From positions 3,072,001 to 3,136,000 of the forward strand of contig OZ245006.1 of assembly GCA_965223545.1 (NCBI GenBank): a DNA stretch of 64,000 nucleotides, written 5' to 3'. Numbering within the stretch: the stretch's first letter is position 1; each line of letters opens with the position of its first letter. The position numbers and the translations under genes are program-made. Below, piece by piece: positions 19,057 through 30,915 of this stretch. The notes under the pieces are model-generated. The model was not told where the DNA came from, did no database searches, and was given only the letters and a program-made list of their open reading frames with translations. This DNA is from Planctomycetota bacterium. Its GTDB lineage: Bacteria; Planctomycetota; UBA1135; UBA2386.

Positions 19057-20343
19057 ATGCCGCCTACCGGACGCGCCGTCGCCGAGGACCTCGGCCGCTT
19101 CATCGACGACTCGCCATCGCCGTATCACGCGGTCGCGTCGGCCGCCCAGCGCCTGGCAGACGCCGGGTTCTCCGCGCTGAGCGAGACCGAACCATGGCAG
19201 CCGCAAACGGGTGGGCGCTTCGTCGCCCGGGGCGGTGCCCTGGTGGCGTGGGTCGCCGGGCAAGCGCATGGGCCGACCGACGGGTTCCGCATTATCGGCG
19301 CGCACACCGACAGCCCCAACTTGCGCATCAAACCCCGGCCCGCATCGCCGGCAGCCGGCTTCGCCCAACTCGGCGTGGAGGTGTACGGCGGCGTCTTGCT
19401 CAACTCGTGGTTGGATCGCGACCTCGGGATCTCGGGACGGGTCGTGGTTCGCGAAGAGCGCGGACCGCTGCGCACTCGACTGCTGAGGATCGACGAGCCG
19501 CTGGCCCGCGTTCCACAGCTGGCGATCCACCTCGATCGACAAGTCAACGACAAGGGGCTCGTGCTCAACCGACAACGCCACCTGTCGCCGGTCTGGAGCT
19601 TGGACCCGAAGGCGTCGTTCGCGCGCTGGCTCGCCGAGCGAACCGACTGCCACGAGGAGGCGATCGCCGGCTACGACCTGATGCTGCACGATCTCACCCC
19701 CAGCACCCTGCTCGGCCGCGACCGCGAGATGCTCGCGGCGCCGCGCATCGACAACCAGGCGTCGTGCCACGCGGGGGTGCTGGCGCTGCTCGACGCCGCG
19801 CAAACGCCAGGTCCCGCCGTCCCCGTCCTCTGCCTGTTCGACCACGAGGAAGTCGGCAGCACCTCGACCGGCGGCGCCACGGGCAGCTTGCTGCCGACCG
19901 TGCTCGAGCGCATCCACGGCTCACTCGGCGGTGACCGAGCGTCTTGGCTCGTGGCGCTCGCACACTCGTCCTGCATCTCCGCCGATGGCGCCCACGCGAC
20001 ACACCCCAACTACCCGGACCGGCACGAGCCAGACCACCGCATCGCGCTGAACAAGGGACCGGTGATCAAGCGAAACGCGAACGAGCGCTACGCGACCGAC
20101 GCGATGGGCCAGGCAATTGCCGAAACCGCCTGCCGTGCCGCCGGAGTGCCGACTCAGCTGTTCGTCAACCGCAGCGATCTCGCCTGCGGCAGCACGATCG
20201 GACCGATCACCGCGGCGCAGCTCGGCATCACGACGGTCGACCTCGGCTTGGCCCAGCTCTCGATGCACTCCGCACGCGAGCTGTGCGGGGCGGACGACCC
20301 CGCCATGCTCGCCGCCGCGCTGAGCGCGTTCGCGCGCGCGTGA
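19057..20343 (+). CDS. apeB: M18 family (aspartyl) aminopeptidase
   Basis: SPSPYHAV, GAHTDSP, RIDNQASC, FDHEEVGS, SADGAHATHPNY, CGSTIGP, MHSARE. Confidence 0.92.
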   Translation: MPPTGRAVAEDLGRFIDDSPSPYHAVASAAQRLADAGFSALSETEPWQPQTGGRFVARGGALVAWVAGQAHGPTDGFRIIGAHTDSPNLRIKPRPASPAAGFAQLGVEVYGGVLLNSWLDRDLGISGRVVVREERGPLRTRLLRIDEPLARVPQLAIHLDRQVNDKGLVLNRQRHLSPVWSLDPKASFARWLAERTDCHEEAIAGYDLMLHDLTPSTLLGRDREMLAAPRIDNQASCHAGVLALLDAAQTPGPAVPVLCLFDHEEVGSTSTGGATGSLLPTVLERIHGSLGGDRASWLVALAHSSCISADGAHATHPNYPDRHEPDHRIALNKGPVIKRNANERYATDAMGQAIAETACRAAGVPTQLFVNRSDLACGSTIGPITAAQLGITTVDLGLAQLSMHSARELCGADDPAMLAAALSAFARA

Positions 20344-20442
20344 CCTGTCTCTCCGAGCCTCCGGCGCCGCGGCGACTTCGCCGTGGCAGCGGCGTTGCCT
20401 CGAGAATGTTGTCGAAGCTCGACGATTCGTGGCGCCGGAGGC

Positions 20443-21774
20443 TCAGAAGCGAAAGTCGCCCTGCAGGTAGAAGAAGTGCGCGAGATCGTCGGCACCGGCC
20501 ACGGCTTCCGCGCCGGGACCGGGCAGGAAGACGCCGTAGCCGACCTCGAGCGCCGCGGTGAGCGGCGCCGTGTCCAGGGCTCGCGACAAGACGACGTCGA
20601 ACTCGTTGCCCATGGTCTGGGACTGCCCGGCTGCCCCCGGCGACAACGCCGCGCTGGGGCCACCGAACCGGTCCGCGCCTTCGTCGGCTCGAAAGAAGTG
20701 CCAGGCGAAGCGCAGCTTGTATCGCTCGGCGGGTGACGTGCCGACCTCGACCATCACATGCTGCAGGTTCTCCCACAGAGCCAAGTCCATCATGCCCAGG
20801 TAGTAGTGGGCGAATGGGAACAGCGTGTTGAAGCGCTCTCGGTCGGCCGTATCGGGGTCGTCGCCACTCACCACGTTGGCCTCGATCTTGGTCCACAACG
20901 CCTGCGGATCCGCAAACGGGCGCACGGTGGCGACCGCTGCCAGCGCATGGCACTCGCCGAGCGGGATGTCGGCGTCATCCACCTCGCCGGTCTGCGTCGC
21001 GGCCTCGATCTCGAGCTCGACCGGGCCGATCCGCTGCACGGCGCGCCCGCCGAGGGTCAGGCGGCTCTCGGTACCACCGGCGGCAGTCTCGTCGTCGTGC
21101 AGCCACAAGAGATACGCGTCGACGCCGAGGTCCTCGTCCGGCCGCAGCTCGGCGAAGACGCCCGTCGTCCACGCGTCGTCGTTGACAGCGTTCAGCTGCT
21201 CTCGGGTCTGCACCGCCAGCGCGTGCAGCGCACCATCGTCAGCCAGCGCCCAGGTCTGCACGACACCGTCGAACGCGCGCCCCTGTGTCGCCCACTCCAA
21301 CGAGCTGACCAAGCGCTGGCTGCCCAGCGCGATCGCTTGCCGCCCGATGCGCGCGCGACCGCCGATACCCGGCACGGCGTCGACCTGCAGGTAGCCCTGG
21401 TGCAAATCGAGCCCATCGGCATCGTCGTCCAGCGTGCTCGCCTCCTCGCCCCAGTTGCGCGCATCCTGAATCTGAAAGAACGCCGACAACTCGTCGTTGA
21501 AGCGCGGCTCGAGATTGATGCGCACGCGCTGGCCGAAGAAATCGTTGGAAGCCCCGCTGTCCCGGTCGAAGTCGAAGTCGATCTTGGCCTCGTAGCGCAA
21601 CCGGTACTGCCCGGTAATGGTCAGGCTCTCGAGCCCCGGCACGATCAGCTGAGGCCCCTGCGGCTGGGAAGCCGGCGGCTGGGGCGCGGGCGGCTGGGAC
21701 GCCGGGTCCGGCGACTGCTGAGCCACGAGAGGGCACGCGAGAACGAAGGCGGGGATGACGATCGCGGAACGCAT
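20443..21774 (-). CDS. Alginate-export-family outer-membrane beta-barrel
   Basis: Signal peptide, GQYRLRYE, QIQDAR, LHQGY, IGRQ, RAFDG, FNTLFP..H, C-terminal Phe. Confidence 0.85.
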   Translation of the reverse strand: MRSAIVIPAFVLACPLVAQQSPDPASQPPAPQPPASQPQGPQLIVPGLESLTITGQYRLRYEAKIDFDFDRDSGASNDFFGQRVRINLEPRFNDELSAFFQIQDARNWGEEASTLDDDADGLDLHQGYLQVDAVPGIGGRARIGRQAIALGSQRLVSSLEWATQGRAFDGVVQTWALADDGALHALAVQTREQLNAVNDDAWTTGVFAELRPDEDLGVDAYLLWLHDDETAAGGTESRLTLGGRAVQRIGPVELEIEAATQTGEVDDADIPLGECHALAAVATVRPFADPQALWTKIEANVVSGDDPDTADRERFNTLFPFAHYYLGMMDLALWENLQHVMVEVGTSPAERYKLRFAWHFFRADEGADRFGGPSAALSPGAAGQSQTMGNEFDVVLSRALDTAPLTAALEVGYGVFLPGPGAEAVAGADDLAHFFYLQGDFRF

Positions 21775-21914
21775 GGACAACGGAAACTCCTCTCGCGAAG
21801 CCGGGGCGCGGAACGATGCTGCGCGCCCACCGTGGCGGTTTCAACGCACCGCGACGATCGGTTCTTTCGCGATCGGATAGGCTGGCACGGTACCGACAGC
21901 TCCACCCATCGCCG

Positions 21915-22484
21915 ATGACGACGCCCGACGCCGATGCGCTGCAGCGCGCCCGCCAACGCCTGTTGCCGGACGTCTTGTCGCCCGGTCTCCAGGTCGTGTT
22001 CTGCGGCATCAACCCGAGCCTGTACTCCGCCGCGGTCGGCCACCACTACGCCCGGCCTGGCAATCGCTTCTGGCCGGCGTTGCACGGGTCGGGCTGGACC
22101 GACCGGGCGCTCTCGGCGGCGGAGGACCGGCTCGCCCCGGAATTCGGCTTCGGCCTCACCAACCTCGTCGCGCGGCCAACGGCGCGCGCCGCCGAGCTCT
22201 CGAAGCGGGAGCTCACCGACGGAGTCGCCGCGCTGGCCGCCAAGATCGAGCAGTTCGCTCCGCGCCGGCTCGCCCTTCTCGGCTTGGATGCGTTCCGCAC
22301 CGCATTCCAGCGAAAACACGCCCGCGTCGGGCCCGCCAGCTTCGAGCTGGCCGGCGCCGAGGTCTGGGCCTTGCCCAACCCGAGCGGTCTGAACGCCCAC
22401 TACCAGCTGCCCGACTTCGTCCGCTTGTTCGCGGACCTGCGCGCGCCGCCTGTCAGGTCGTCGCGAGCCGCAGGCTGTGAATGA
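21915..22484 (+). CDS. mug: G/U mismatch-specific DNA glycosylase
   Basis: FCGINPS, NRFWPALH, GLTNLV, LPNPSGLNA. Confidence 0.92.
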   Translation: MTTPDADALQRARQRLLPDVLSPGLQVVFCGINPSLYSAAVGHHYARPGNRFWPALHGSGWTDRALSAAEDRLAPEFGFGLTNLVARPTARAAELSKRELTDGVAALAAKIEQFAPRRLALLGLDAFRTAFQRKHARVGPASFELAGAEVWALPNPSGLNAHYQLPDFVRLFADLRAPPVRSSRAAGCE

Positions 22485-23142
22485 AGTCGGGCGACAGCCG
22501 CTGCGCCACTTCGACCTGCCCCACGAGGTAGATCAGCGACTCGCGGAGCTCCGCCGCCAGCTGCAGACACTCGCGGTCGGCGTGGGTTGACGTGGCACGG
22601 GCCATCAGCCCCGCCAACGCCTGTAGCGAGTTCGCGCCACCGGGGCAGACGAGCGCCGGCGCCAACTCCTGCACCGACTCGAGCCGGTTGCGAGCGCCGG
22701 CGGTTCCGTTCAGGCGACGAAGGAAATCCTCGCGTTCGCTGCCCTGCAGCAAGCCGCCGACATCGGCCAGGAAACCCTCGCCAGCACCTTCGAGGGCCCG
22801 CAAGTAGTAGGTCACCGCCCCTGCTCCCAGCCCGCGCTGCTCCGCCTCGCAGCCGCGGCGGAAATCATCGGCACCGAGTCCGAGTGCGGCTTGGACCGAC
22901 TCGGGGACCGCGATCTCCACGGTGCGGGCTTGCTCCACGCTACTGGCTTGCTCCACGGTGGAGGATTGCGGCACAGCACTGGAGCTCTGCCCCCCACCGG
23001 CGCCCGCCCCGGCCTCCGCGGAGACCTCGTCGCCGCGCGCGGCGATGCTGTTCTCGTTCCAATGACGCGCCGCGTAATCTCGGATCGTGGCTTCGTCGGT
23101 CGTGCCCGGTTGCGAGCGGTCCATGGCTACTCCATCAGACAC
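22453..23142 (-). CDS. Hypothetical protein, C-terminal half resembles a DUF4145/HEPN-like helical domain
   Basis: 229-aa ORF overlapping the upstream gene; GLGAGAVTYYLRALE ... PGGANSL ... DRECLQLAAELRESLIYL pattern recalled from this family. Confidence 0.6.
   Translation of the reverse strand: MSDGVAMDRSQPGTTDEATIRDYAARHWNENSIAARGDEVSAEAGAGAGGGQSSSAVPQSSTVEQASSVEQARTVEIAVPESVQAALGLGADDFRRGCEAEQRGLGAGAVTYYLRALEGAGEGFLADVGGLLQGSEREDFLRRLNGTAGARNRLESVQELAPALVCPGGANSLQALAGLMARATSTHADRECLQLAAELRESLIYLVGQVEVAQRLSPDFIHSLRLATT
22916..22957. repeat. Imperfect 18-nt tandem repeat (TVEQAS/SVEQAR/TVEI)
   Basis: ggcttgctccacg at 22927 and 22945; partial third copy at 22916. Confidence 0.65.
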
Positions 23143-23815
23143 TGAGCTGGGCGTACACGTCGTCGACGGACACCGTGCACTCCGTGCGACAGCACACGTA
23201 ACGACGGCCGGTGCGGATCGCGATCAGGCTGTCGCCGTCGTCGTAGACCTGGGCGTAGCTGGTCTCGTCGCGCCCCTCGCGCCGTGACATCTCCCGGGCG
23301 GTCTCGATCAACACGTTGAAGACCCGACGGTCGGACGCGAACGCGTCGTCACTGGCGGCGACGACCGCCAAGGAGTGGTCGAGCAGGCCTGCCCGCGCCA
23401 TTCCGTCCATCTCGGCGAGTCGCTTGATCAGGTCCTCGGCGCGGTCTCCAACCTCGGTCTCGTTCGGCGTCGCCACCGGCGCGCGCCCGGTGTACTTCGA
23501 CTCGTCCAAGCGCCGCAGGGTCTCCAACAGCATCCGGTCACCGGACATCTCCGGGAACGAACGCTCCGCGGTCGTCACGCCGGGCTGGAACACGCAATCT
23601 CCGGTTGGCCAACGGACGATCTCGAGCAGCGCGTCCGGCCCCTCGGCTCCCTCGACGCATGCGTGGAGGAACCGGCCGTCGGCCAAGTAGACATCGCCCG
23701 ATTGGTCACCGTGCGTGACGGCGAGCCGGCCTCCGGCAACTTGGAAGATCAAGTGCTGGATCACATCGAGGATGCCGACGTGGTTGATCGTCGCCTTGAA
23801 TCCGCTGCTGCTCAT
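23135..23815 (-). CDS. DUF4388 (PATAN) domain protein with Roadblock-like C-terminal domain
   Basis: ILDVIQHL, GDVYLADGRFLHA, GPDALLEIVRWPTGDCVF, LLETLRRLDE; ATGA coupling. Confidence 0.82.
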   Translation of the reverse strand: MSSSGFKATINHVGILDVIQHLIFQVAGGRLAVTHGDQSGDVYLADGRFLHACVEGAEGPDALLEIVRWPTGDCVFQPGVTTAERSFPEMSGDRMLLETLRRLDESKYTGRAPVATPNETEVGDRAEDLIKRLAEMDGMARAGLLDHSLAVVAASDDAFASDRRVFNVLIETAREMSRREGRDETSYAQVYDDGDSLIAIRTGRRYVCCRTECTVSVDDVYAQLSV

Positions 23816-24234
23816 CGCTGGCCCTCCGTTGCGGCGGGCTGCGCGGCCGCCGCTGGCTCGGTCTCGGGCGAGAACGACACTTCCGAAGTCTCGAGGATCT
23901 GTGCGACCATCTGAAAGCTCAGCTCGAGCAGCGGCATCTTGACGTCGCAGCGCGTCACCACGACGACCACGTAGTTGTCCAGCTGCTGAACACAGGTGAT
24001 GGACTCCGGCCGGGCGAAATCGAAGCGGTGCCCTTCGCAGCCGAGGTCGGCGAGCTTGCCGACCATGCACCAAGCGGCGTCGGCATCGGCAGCGATATCG
24101 ACCTGCTGGACATCCGGGGTGCAGAGCACCGCGCGCAGGGTCCCGCCCTCCGAGATCGACGCCGCCTGAACGCCATCCAAGTCCAGCAGCTTGCCAAGCA
24201 ACTTGTACGAGCTGACTTTCTGTGCTGTCGTCAT
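23812..24234 (-). CDS. Roadblock/LC7 (MglB)-like small protein
   Basis: 140 aa, LLGKLLDLDGVQAASI...G pattern, beta-rich middle (NYVVVVV), terminal helix; GAGGGG RBS. Confidence 0.6.
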   Translation of the reverse strand: MTTAQKVSSYKLLGKLLDLDGVQAASISEGGTLRAVLCTPDVQQVDIAADADAAWCMVGKLADLGCEGHRFDFARPESITCVQQLDNYVVVVVTRCDVKMPLLELSFQMVAQILETSEVSFSPETEPAAAAQPAATEGQR

Positions 24235-24317
24235 TTGTCCCCTCTTCGCTCGCGACTCTGTGGCGACCTCCGCTCCAGACCACACCGGTCGTGGTCAGCC
24301 GCCGGCGCGCGACCCGA

Positions 24318-24704
24318 CTACTTCTGTTCGTCCGGCAGCAGCGGGCCCAACACGTCTCGCATCTGCTCAGGAGTGAATGGCTTGGTCAGGTATCCGCGGG
24401 CACCGTGCCCCATCGCCTCCCGCTCGACGTCCGCGCTGCGCTCCGACGTGATCATGACCACTGGCGGCGGTGTCTGGAACTTCTCGGCAATGGCGTGCAC
24501 GAAGCTCAGCCCATCCATGCGCGGCATGTTCACGTCGCTGAGAATCAGGTCGACGCCCGGATTCATCTTCAGCGCCACCAACGCCTCCGTGCCGTTGTTC
24601 GCCTCCAGAACAGCATCGATGCCGATGCCGGCCTGCAGCAGGCTGCGTCTGATGATCTTTCGCATCGTCCTGGAGTCGTCAACGATCAGGAAGGTGTAGC
24701 TCAC
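24318..24704 (-). CDS. Single-domain CheY-like response regulator
   Basis: LIVDDS, LILSDVNMPRMDG, VMITS, YLTKPF. Confidence 0.93.
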   Translation of the reverse strand: MSYTFLIVDDSRTMRKIIRRSLLQAGIGIDAVLEANNGTEALVALKMNPGVDLILSDVNMPRMDGLSFVHAIAEKFQTPPPVVMITSERSADVEREAMGHGARGYLTKPFTPEQMRDVLGPLLPDEQK

Positions 24705-24900
24705 CGTGGTCTCTCTTGAAGCGCGGTATCGCGGTAGGTCGTTATCGACGTTCGCGCGCGGCCCCCTTTACCAAGAGCTCCGGATAATGCCTGACCAGCC
24801 GGCGACGGGCTCACGCGGCCACGGCCACGCCGTTGCCTTTGCCGGCAACGTTGCCTCGAAAGAAGTCGTCGCAGCGCGAAGATCCGCGGCGCCGGAGGCT

Positions 24901-26480
<1,580 letters not shown>

Positions 26481-26481
<1 letters not shown>

Positions 26482-27443
26482 CAGCGCCCCCTCGCCGTCA
26501 CCGAGCGCGCGCGGTCGACGAACGCCTGCGGCAGCTCGATCCCGAGCTTGTTGGCGACCGCGGCGTTGTAGACCATCGAATAGCGCGGAGGCACGACCTC
26601 GGGCGCGGTGCCGGTCACCGCGTCGCCGCGCAGGATCGCGCGCAGGACGTCGGCTGCCTGCCGGCCCTGATCGGCTGGGTCGACGCTCACGCCCGCGACG
26701 GCTCCGGCCTTGACGAATCCCTGGGAGAAACCGAACACCGGCACTCGATTGCGTATCGAGCTGAGCAAGAGGAGGCGCACGGTCGCCGCGTGGAACACCG
26801 CGGGATCGGCAGTGGTCCAGATCAGCTCGGGCTCGCTCTCGAACAGTGACTTGATCGCCGCAGCTTGAGTGGAGAACGATGCCATGTCGATGGGCACCAG
26901 TTCCTCCTGCGGCCGCAACGCCGCGTCGACGCGGACCAACGTGGCCACGCTTCCCTCCGAGTCCGAGCGATAGAGCATCGCGATCCGGCGAGTCCTGGGG
27001 AATGCCTGGCGCGCGACGGCCAGCGCGACCTCCGGCGCCACCTGTGTCGTCACCCCGTGCAAGCGGCCGGCTTCGGCGCCGACGCGAGCCGGCGCGGACA
27101 CCATGCAGTAGACCGCGGGAACCCCATCCGGGGCGGTCGTGAGCGCCTTCGCCGCCGCCGTACCGAGGCCGACGAAGGCGGCCGGGCGACCCGCCATCAG
27201 CGAGCTGCGCGCGGCCTGATCCAAGTCGGAGAGGACCACTTTGCGCACCGTCAAGCCATCGCTCTGCAGCGCCGTCTGCAGTGCCGCCAACGCGTCCTCG
27301 TACGGCTTCGCCTGCTGACTCAGCAGCGCAATGACCTCCTTCTGCGCAGCAAGCGGCGCGTGCCCACCGAGCACAGCCACCAACGCCAGGACAAGGGACG
27401 CGACGAGCGTCCGTGGGCGCGCATTCTCAGGCGTCGGCTGCAT
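26481..27443 (-). CDS. ABC-type substrate-binding protein (ABC_sub_bind-like)
   Basis: Signal peptide; FVGLGTAA, PAVYCMV, RIAMLY, VPVFGFSQGFVKAGA, QGRQAA, YNAAVANKLGI. Confidence 0.85.
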
Positions 27444-27456
27444 GTGGCGACCGAGC

Positions 27457-29451
27457 TCAGAACCTCACCTGCAATCGCAGGAAGGCCGCGCGACCGGGCG
27501 TCACCACCGCCCCCGTACCGATAACGGAGGGGGCGTAGTCGGAGTCGTCCAGCAGATCCGTAACGCCGAGCATCACCTCGCCTTTGCCCTCGAAGACTCG
27601 TTGTGCCAACGTCAAGTCGAGCCGCTGCACCTCAGGCAGCCGCTCGATCTGGAACGACTGCGCCCACGTGCGAGAGCTGTACTTGTAGTTGAGCGATGCC
27701 GAGAGATCCCGGCACAGGTCCGCCCGGAGTCGCGCGCCGACCTTGTGCTGCGACGGACGCAGCGCGCGGATGCTCTGATTGCCTCGGTCGGGCTCGAACT
27801 CGTGGAACGCGTACCACACCGAACTGGTCAGCCACTCGCCCCGCCACGACGCTTCGGCCTCGACACCGTAGCCGTCGCCGCCGTCGATATTGACCAGCTC
27901 GGCTACCAACGGAAGCCCCGGCGACGCCAGGGCGAGCCCGATCAAGTCCTCGTAGCGCTGATAGTAGCCGTCGACACGTACGTCGAGACTCTCGGCCCAA
28001 CGATCGGAGTAGCCGAGCTCGATGCCGGCGACCTCCTCGTGCTCCTGTCCGCTGCCCGACTGCAACACGAACCCGGGGCGGTTGAGCCGCAGCCGCCGAA
28101 TGCCCGCAAGAGGGGCGCGAAACGCCCGGGCTGCGCTGGCACGAAGCGTCGTGGCCCGATCCTCCCAGGGCTGATAGAGGGCCGTCAGGCGCCCCGACCA
28201 ATCCTCGGTCGTTTCGGAGTAGTGATCGCCCCGCAGCTGCGCTTCAACCGCCACTCCCCTCGACACCTGCACGCGGCCGATGGCCAGCAGACCCGCCCAT
28301 AGCTCGTCGTACCCGTTCAGCGTCGGCTCCGCCTGGAACGGCTGGGCTTGACGCCCGTCGATCTCCACGGCGCGGAGGTTTCCGCCAACGGTCAGCGATG
28401 CGCCTCCCTCCCCCGCGAACGTCCACTGCCCTTCGACCTCGGTCTCCCGTGAGTCGACCTCGGTGAGAGAGGGAACGTTGTCGTCGTACCGGTTGTGTAC
28501 GATCTGCGCGTAGCCACTGCTGCCGGACGATGCCTCGTGCTCGAGACGGAGGTAGGCATTGGTCGTCCGCTGATGCCCGTCCTGGGACGGCTGCACCCCG
28601 AACATCGCGTAGTCGCCCACCTCGATGTCGTTGTAGCCGGCACCGAAACGGAGCGCCGTCCGCTCGCCCAAGGACAAGCGAAAGTCGGACGTCACCATCG
28701 GGTTGCGCGCGAAGTCACGCGGCAGTGCTCCGGGGTTGTCGGCAGGCGACGAAGCCTCGTGCTCCAAGTAGCCCGCGGAGACGCGCCAGCTGAGCGGCCC
28801 AGCCGTGTGCGCCCACCGCACGTAGGTGTCCGTGTCTCCCAGCTCGTTGATGGTGAAGGAGGAGGCGAACCCCGAGACTTCCTCTGGGCGCGCCGTAATG
28901 ATGTTCACGACCCCGTTGAATGCGTTCGGCCCCCAAGCGGCGCCGCCCGGCCCACGCACGACCTCGATCTGCTCGATGTCCTCCATGAACACGAGCATCC
29001 GCGCATACTCGGGCCCGCCGTACACCGGGTTGCTGGCCGTCCGGCCGTTGACCAGCGCGATCGTCCGGTCGGAGAAGGACTCGTGCATGCCGCGGATGCC
29101 GGCGGCCGGCCGGTTGCGGTCGAAGCGCAGCATGTCGACGCCAGGGGCAAACTGCAGCACTTCGGCGATCCTTGTCTGCCCACTGTAGTGGACGTCGTCA
29201 TAGCTGAGCACGGATACCGGCACGGCAGTCAACGTGATGGACTGCTGCTCCCGGGAGGCGCTGATCACCACCGGCAAGTCTTCGAACGCCAGCAGATCGT
29301 CCCACTCCTCGACGCCGTCCTCGGCGGTCGTTCCTACCGCCGGTGGATCGGCCGGTTCGACCTGCGCCGGTGGGTCAGGATCTTGACCGCGCAGGGGAAC
29401 GGCCGACGCCAAGAAGGCGACGGTCATGCACTTGAATCCAACTCTCGACAT
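27457..29451 (-). CDS. TonB-dependent receptor
   Basis: Signal peptide; plug VISASR, IEQIEVVRGPG, NAFNGVVNIIT; beta-barrel ending in Phe. Confidence 0.92.
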   Translation of the reverse strand: MSRVGFKCMTVAFLASAVPLRGQDPDPPAQVEPADPPAVGTTAEDGVEEWDDLLAFEDLPVVISASREQQSITLTAVPVSVLSYDDVHYSGQTRIAEVLQFAPGVDMLRFDRNRPAAGIRGMHESFSDRTIALVNGRTASNPVYGGPEYARMLVFMEDIEQIEVVRGPGGAAWGPNAFNGVVNIITARPEEVSGFASSFTINELGDTDTYVRWAHTAGPLSWRVSAGYLEHEASSPADNPGALPRDFARNPMVTSDFRLSLGERTALRFGAGYNDIEVGDYAMFGVQPSQDGHQRTTNAYLRLEHEASSGSSGYAQIVHNRYDDNVPSLTEVDSRETEVEGQWTFAGEGGASLTVGGNLRAVEIDGRQAQPFQAEPTLNGYDELWAGLLAIGRVQVSRGVAVEAQLRGDHYSETTEDWSGRLTALYQPWEDRATTLRASAARAFRAPLAGIRRLRLNRPGFVLQSGSGQEHEEVAGIELGYSDRWAESLDVRVDGYYQRYEDLIGLALASPGLPLVAELVNIDGGDGYGVEAEASWRGEWLTSSVWYAFHEFEPDRGNQSIRALRPSQHKVGARLRADLCRDLSASLNYKYSSRTWAQSFQIERLPEVQRLDLTLAQRVFEGKGEVMLGVTDLLDDSDYAPSVIGTGAVVTPGRAAFLRLQVRF

Positions 29452-29587
29452 CGATCAATTCCCTGCCGGTCAGCAATGCCCATTGTCCTGATCGACCGGA
29501 CGAGGCGCGGCACGTGAGGGCCACCGCGACGAATCGGCCACACCTACGCGGCCGAACCACTCGCCGCATGTTCCGCACCAAGCCGGT

Positions 29588-30901
29588 CTACGGACAGACC
29601 GGTACGGGCGCGCGCCGAGGCAGCTGCACGATGAAGACGGAACCTCCGTCGCGGCGGTTCTCCGCGTGGATCGTGCCACCATGCATGGCCACCACATCGC
29701 GGCAGATCGCCAGTCCCAGCCCGGTACCGCCCGCGCCCGACCGCGTTTGGCTCGACTGCGCGAACTTCTCGAAGATGGTCTCCAGCTCCGATTCGGGGAT
29801 GCCGACGCCGCGGTCGCGAATCTCGACAGTCACCGACTCGTCGGATTCGCGCACGTCGATCTCGATGTCCGAGTCGTTGCTGGAGAACTTGGCCGCGTTG
29901 CTCAGCAGGTTGCGAAACACCTGCTTGGCGAGTCCGGGGTCCAGCGCCATATCGACCGATTGCCCGGGGTGCAGCCATACGATTCTCAAACCGCGCGCCG
30001 AGATGTAGGAGCGAAACTCGTCGACCATCTCGTCGAGCAAGTGGGCGAGATCGACATCCTCCGGCCGCAGCTCCATCCTGCCGCTCTCCAGCTTGGCCAG
30101 GTCCAAGAGGTTGTTGAGCAAACCCAGGAGTGTCCGTCCACTGCGGTCGATCTGCTCGAAGAAGCTCAGCAGCCGCTCGGGCTCCACCTTCTCGATCCGG
30201 CGCATGCCGAAGCCGGCGAAGCTCAGTATCGAGTGCAGCGGCGTCCGTAGCTCGTGCGACATGTTGGCCAAGAACTCGCTCTTCGCCTGATTGGCCTGCT
30301 CGGCCTCTTGCTTGGCGGCGACCAGGGCGCTGGTCCGCTCCATGACACGTGCCTCGAGGAACTCGTGTTGGCGAGCCAACAAGTCCTCGGCCTCGCGCCG
30401 GCTAGTGATGTCGCGGACGATCACGATCAGATCGCCGCGCCCGATCGGCAACAACCGTGCCTCGAAGTATGCAGAGCGGCCGTCCAGGTCGAGCCCGTAC
30501 TCGACGGAAACCGACGTATCCGAGCCACGCACACTCCGCAGCGCACCGCAGATGGCACGCGCCGCCTGCGGCTGGGGCACGGCGTCGAACTTCTTGCCCA
30601 GCAGCTCCGGCGCGGTGATCAGCAAGTCGCGCTTGTCGCCGACGTGCAGGTTGCGGATCCGGTCTTCCTTGTCGAGCCACACGAACAGATCCGGACACGC
30701 CAGGAACACCGCCCGCATCTCGGTGTTGGCCTGCACCAGATCTCTCGAGCTCAGCTCGAGACTGCGCTCGAGCATGGCCCGATCGTCGTCACTCTCGCGA
30801 TAGGCGTCGTCGATCGCGGCGACGAAGGCGGACCACCGATCCGGCGGTTGTTGCTCGGTGCCGCCGTAGCGCTTGAGCTGACGCTGGAGTAACCGGTGCA
30901 T
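29588..30901 (-). CDS. Cytoplasmic PAS-domain sensor histidine kinase
   Basis: MHRLLQRQLKR N-terminus typical of FIST-linked kinases, PAS (VRDIT), SHELRTP, NLLSNAAKF, GGTGLGL. Confidence 0.92.
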   Translation of the reverse strand: MHRLLQRQLKRYGGTEQQPPDRWSAFVAAIDDAYRESDDDRAMLERSLELSSRDLVQANTEMRAVFLACPDLFVWLDKEDRIRNLHVGDKRDLLITAPELLGKKFDAVPQPQAARAICGALRSVRGSDTSVSVEYGLDLDGRSAYFEARLLPIGRGDLIVIVRDITSRREAEDLLARQHEFLEARVMERTSALVAAKQEAEQANQAKSEFLANMSHELRTPLHSILSFAGFGMRRIEKVEPERLLSFFEQIDRSGRTLLGLLNNLLDLAKLESGRMELRPEDVDLAHLLDEMVDEFRSYISARGLRIVWLHPGQSVDMALDPGLAKQVFRNLLSNAAKFSSNDSDIEIDVRESDESVTVEIRDRGVGIPESELETIFEKFAQSSQTRSGAGGTGLGLAICRDVVAMHGGTIHAENRRDGGSVFIVQLPRRAPVPVCP

Positions 30902-30915
30902 GCCGCCGTTTCTGA

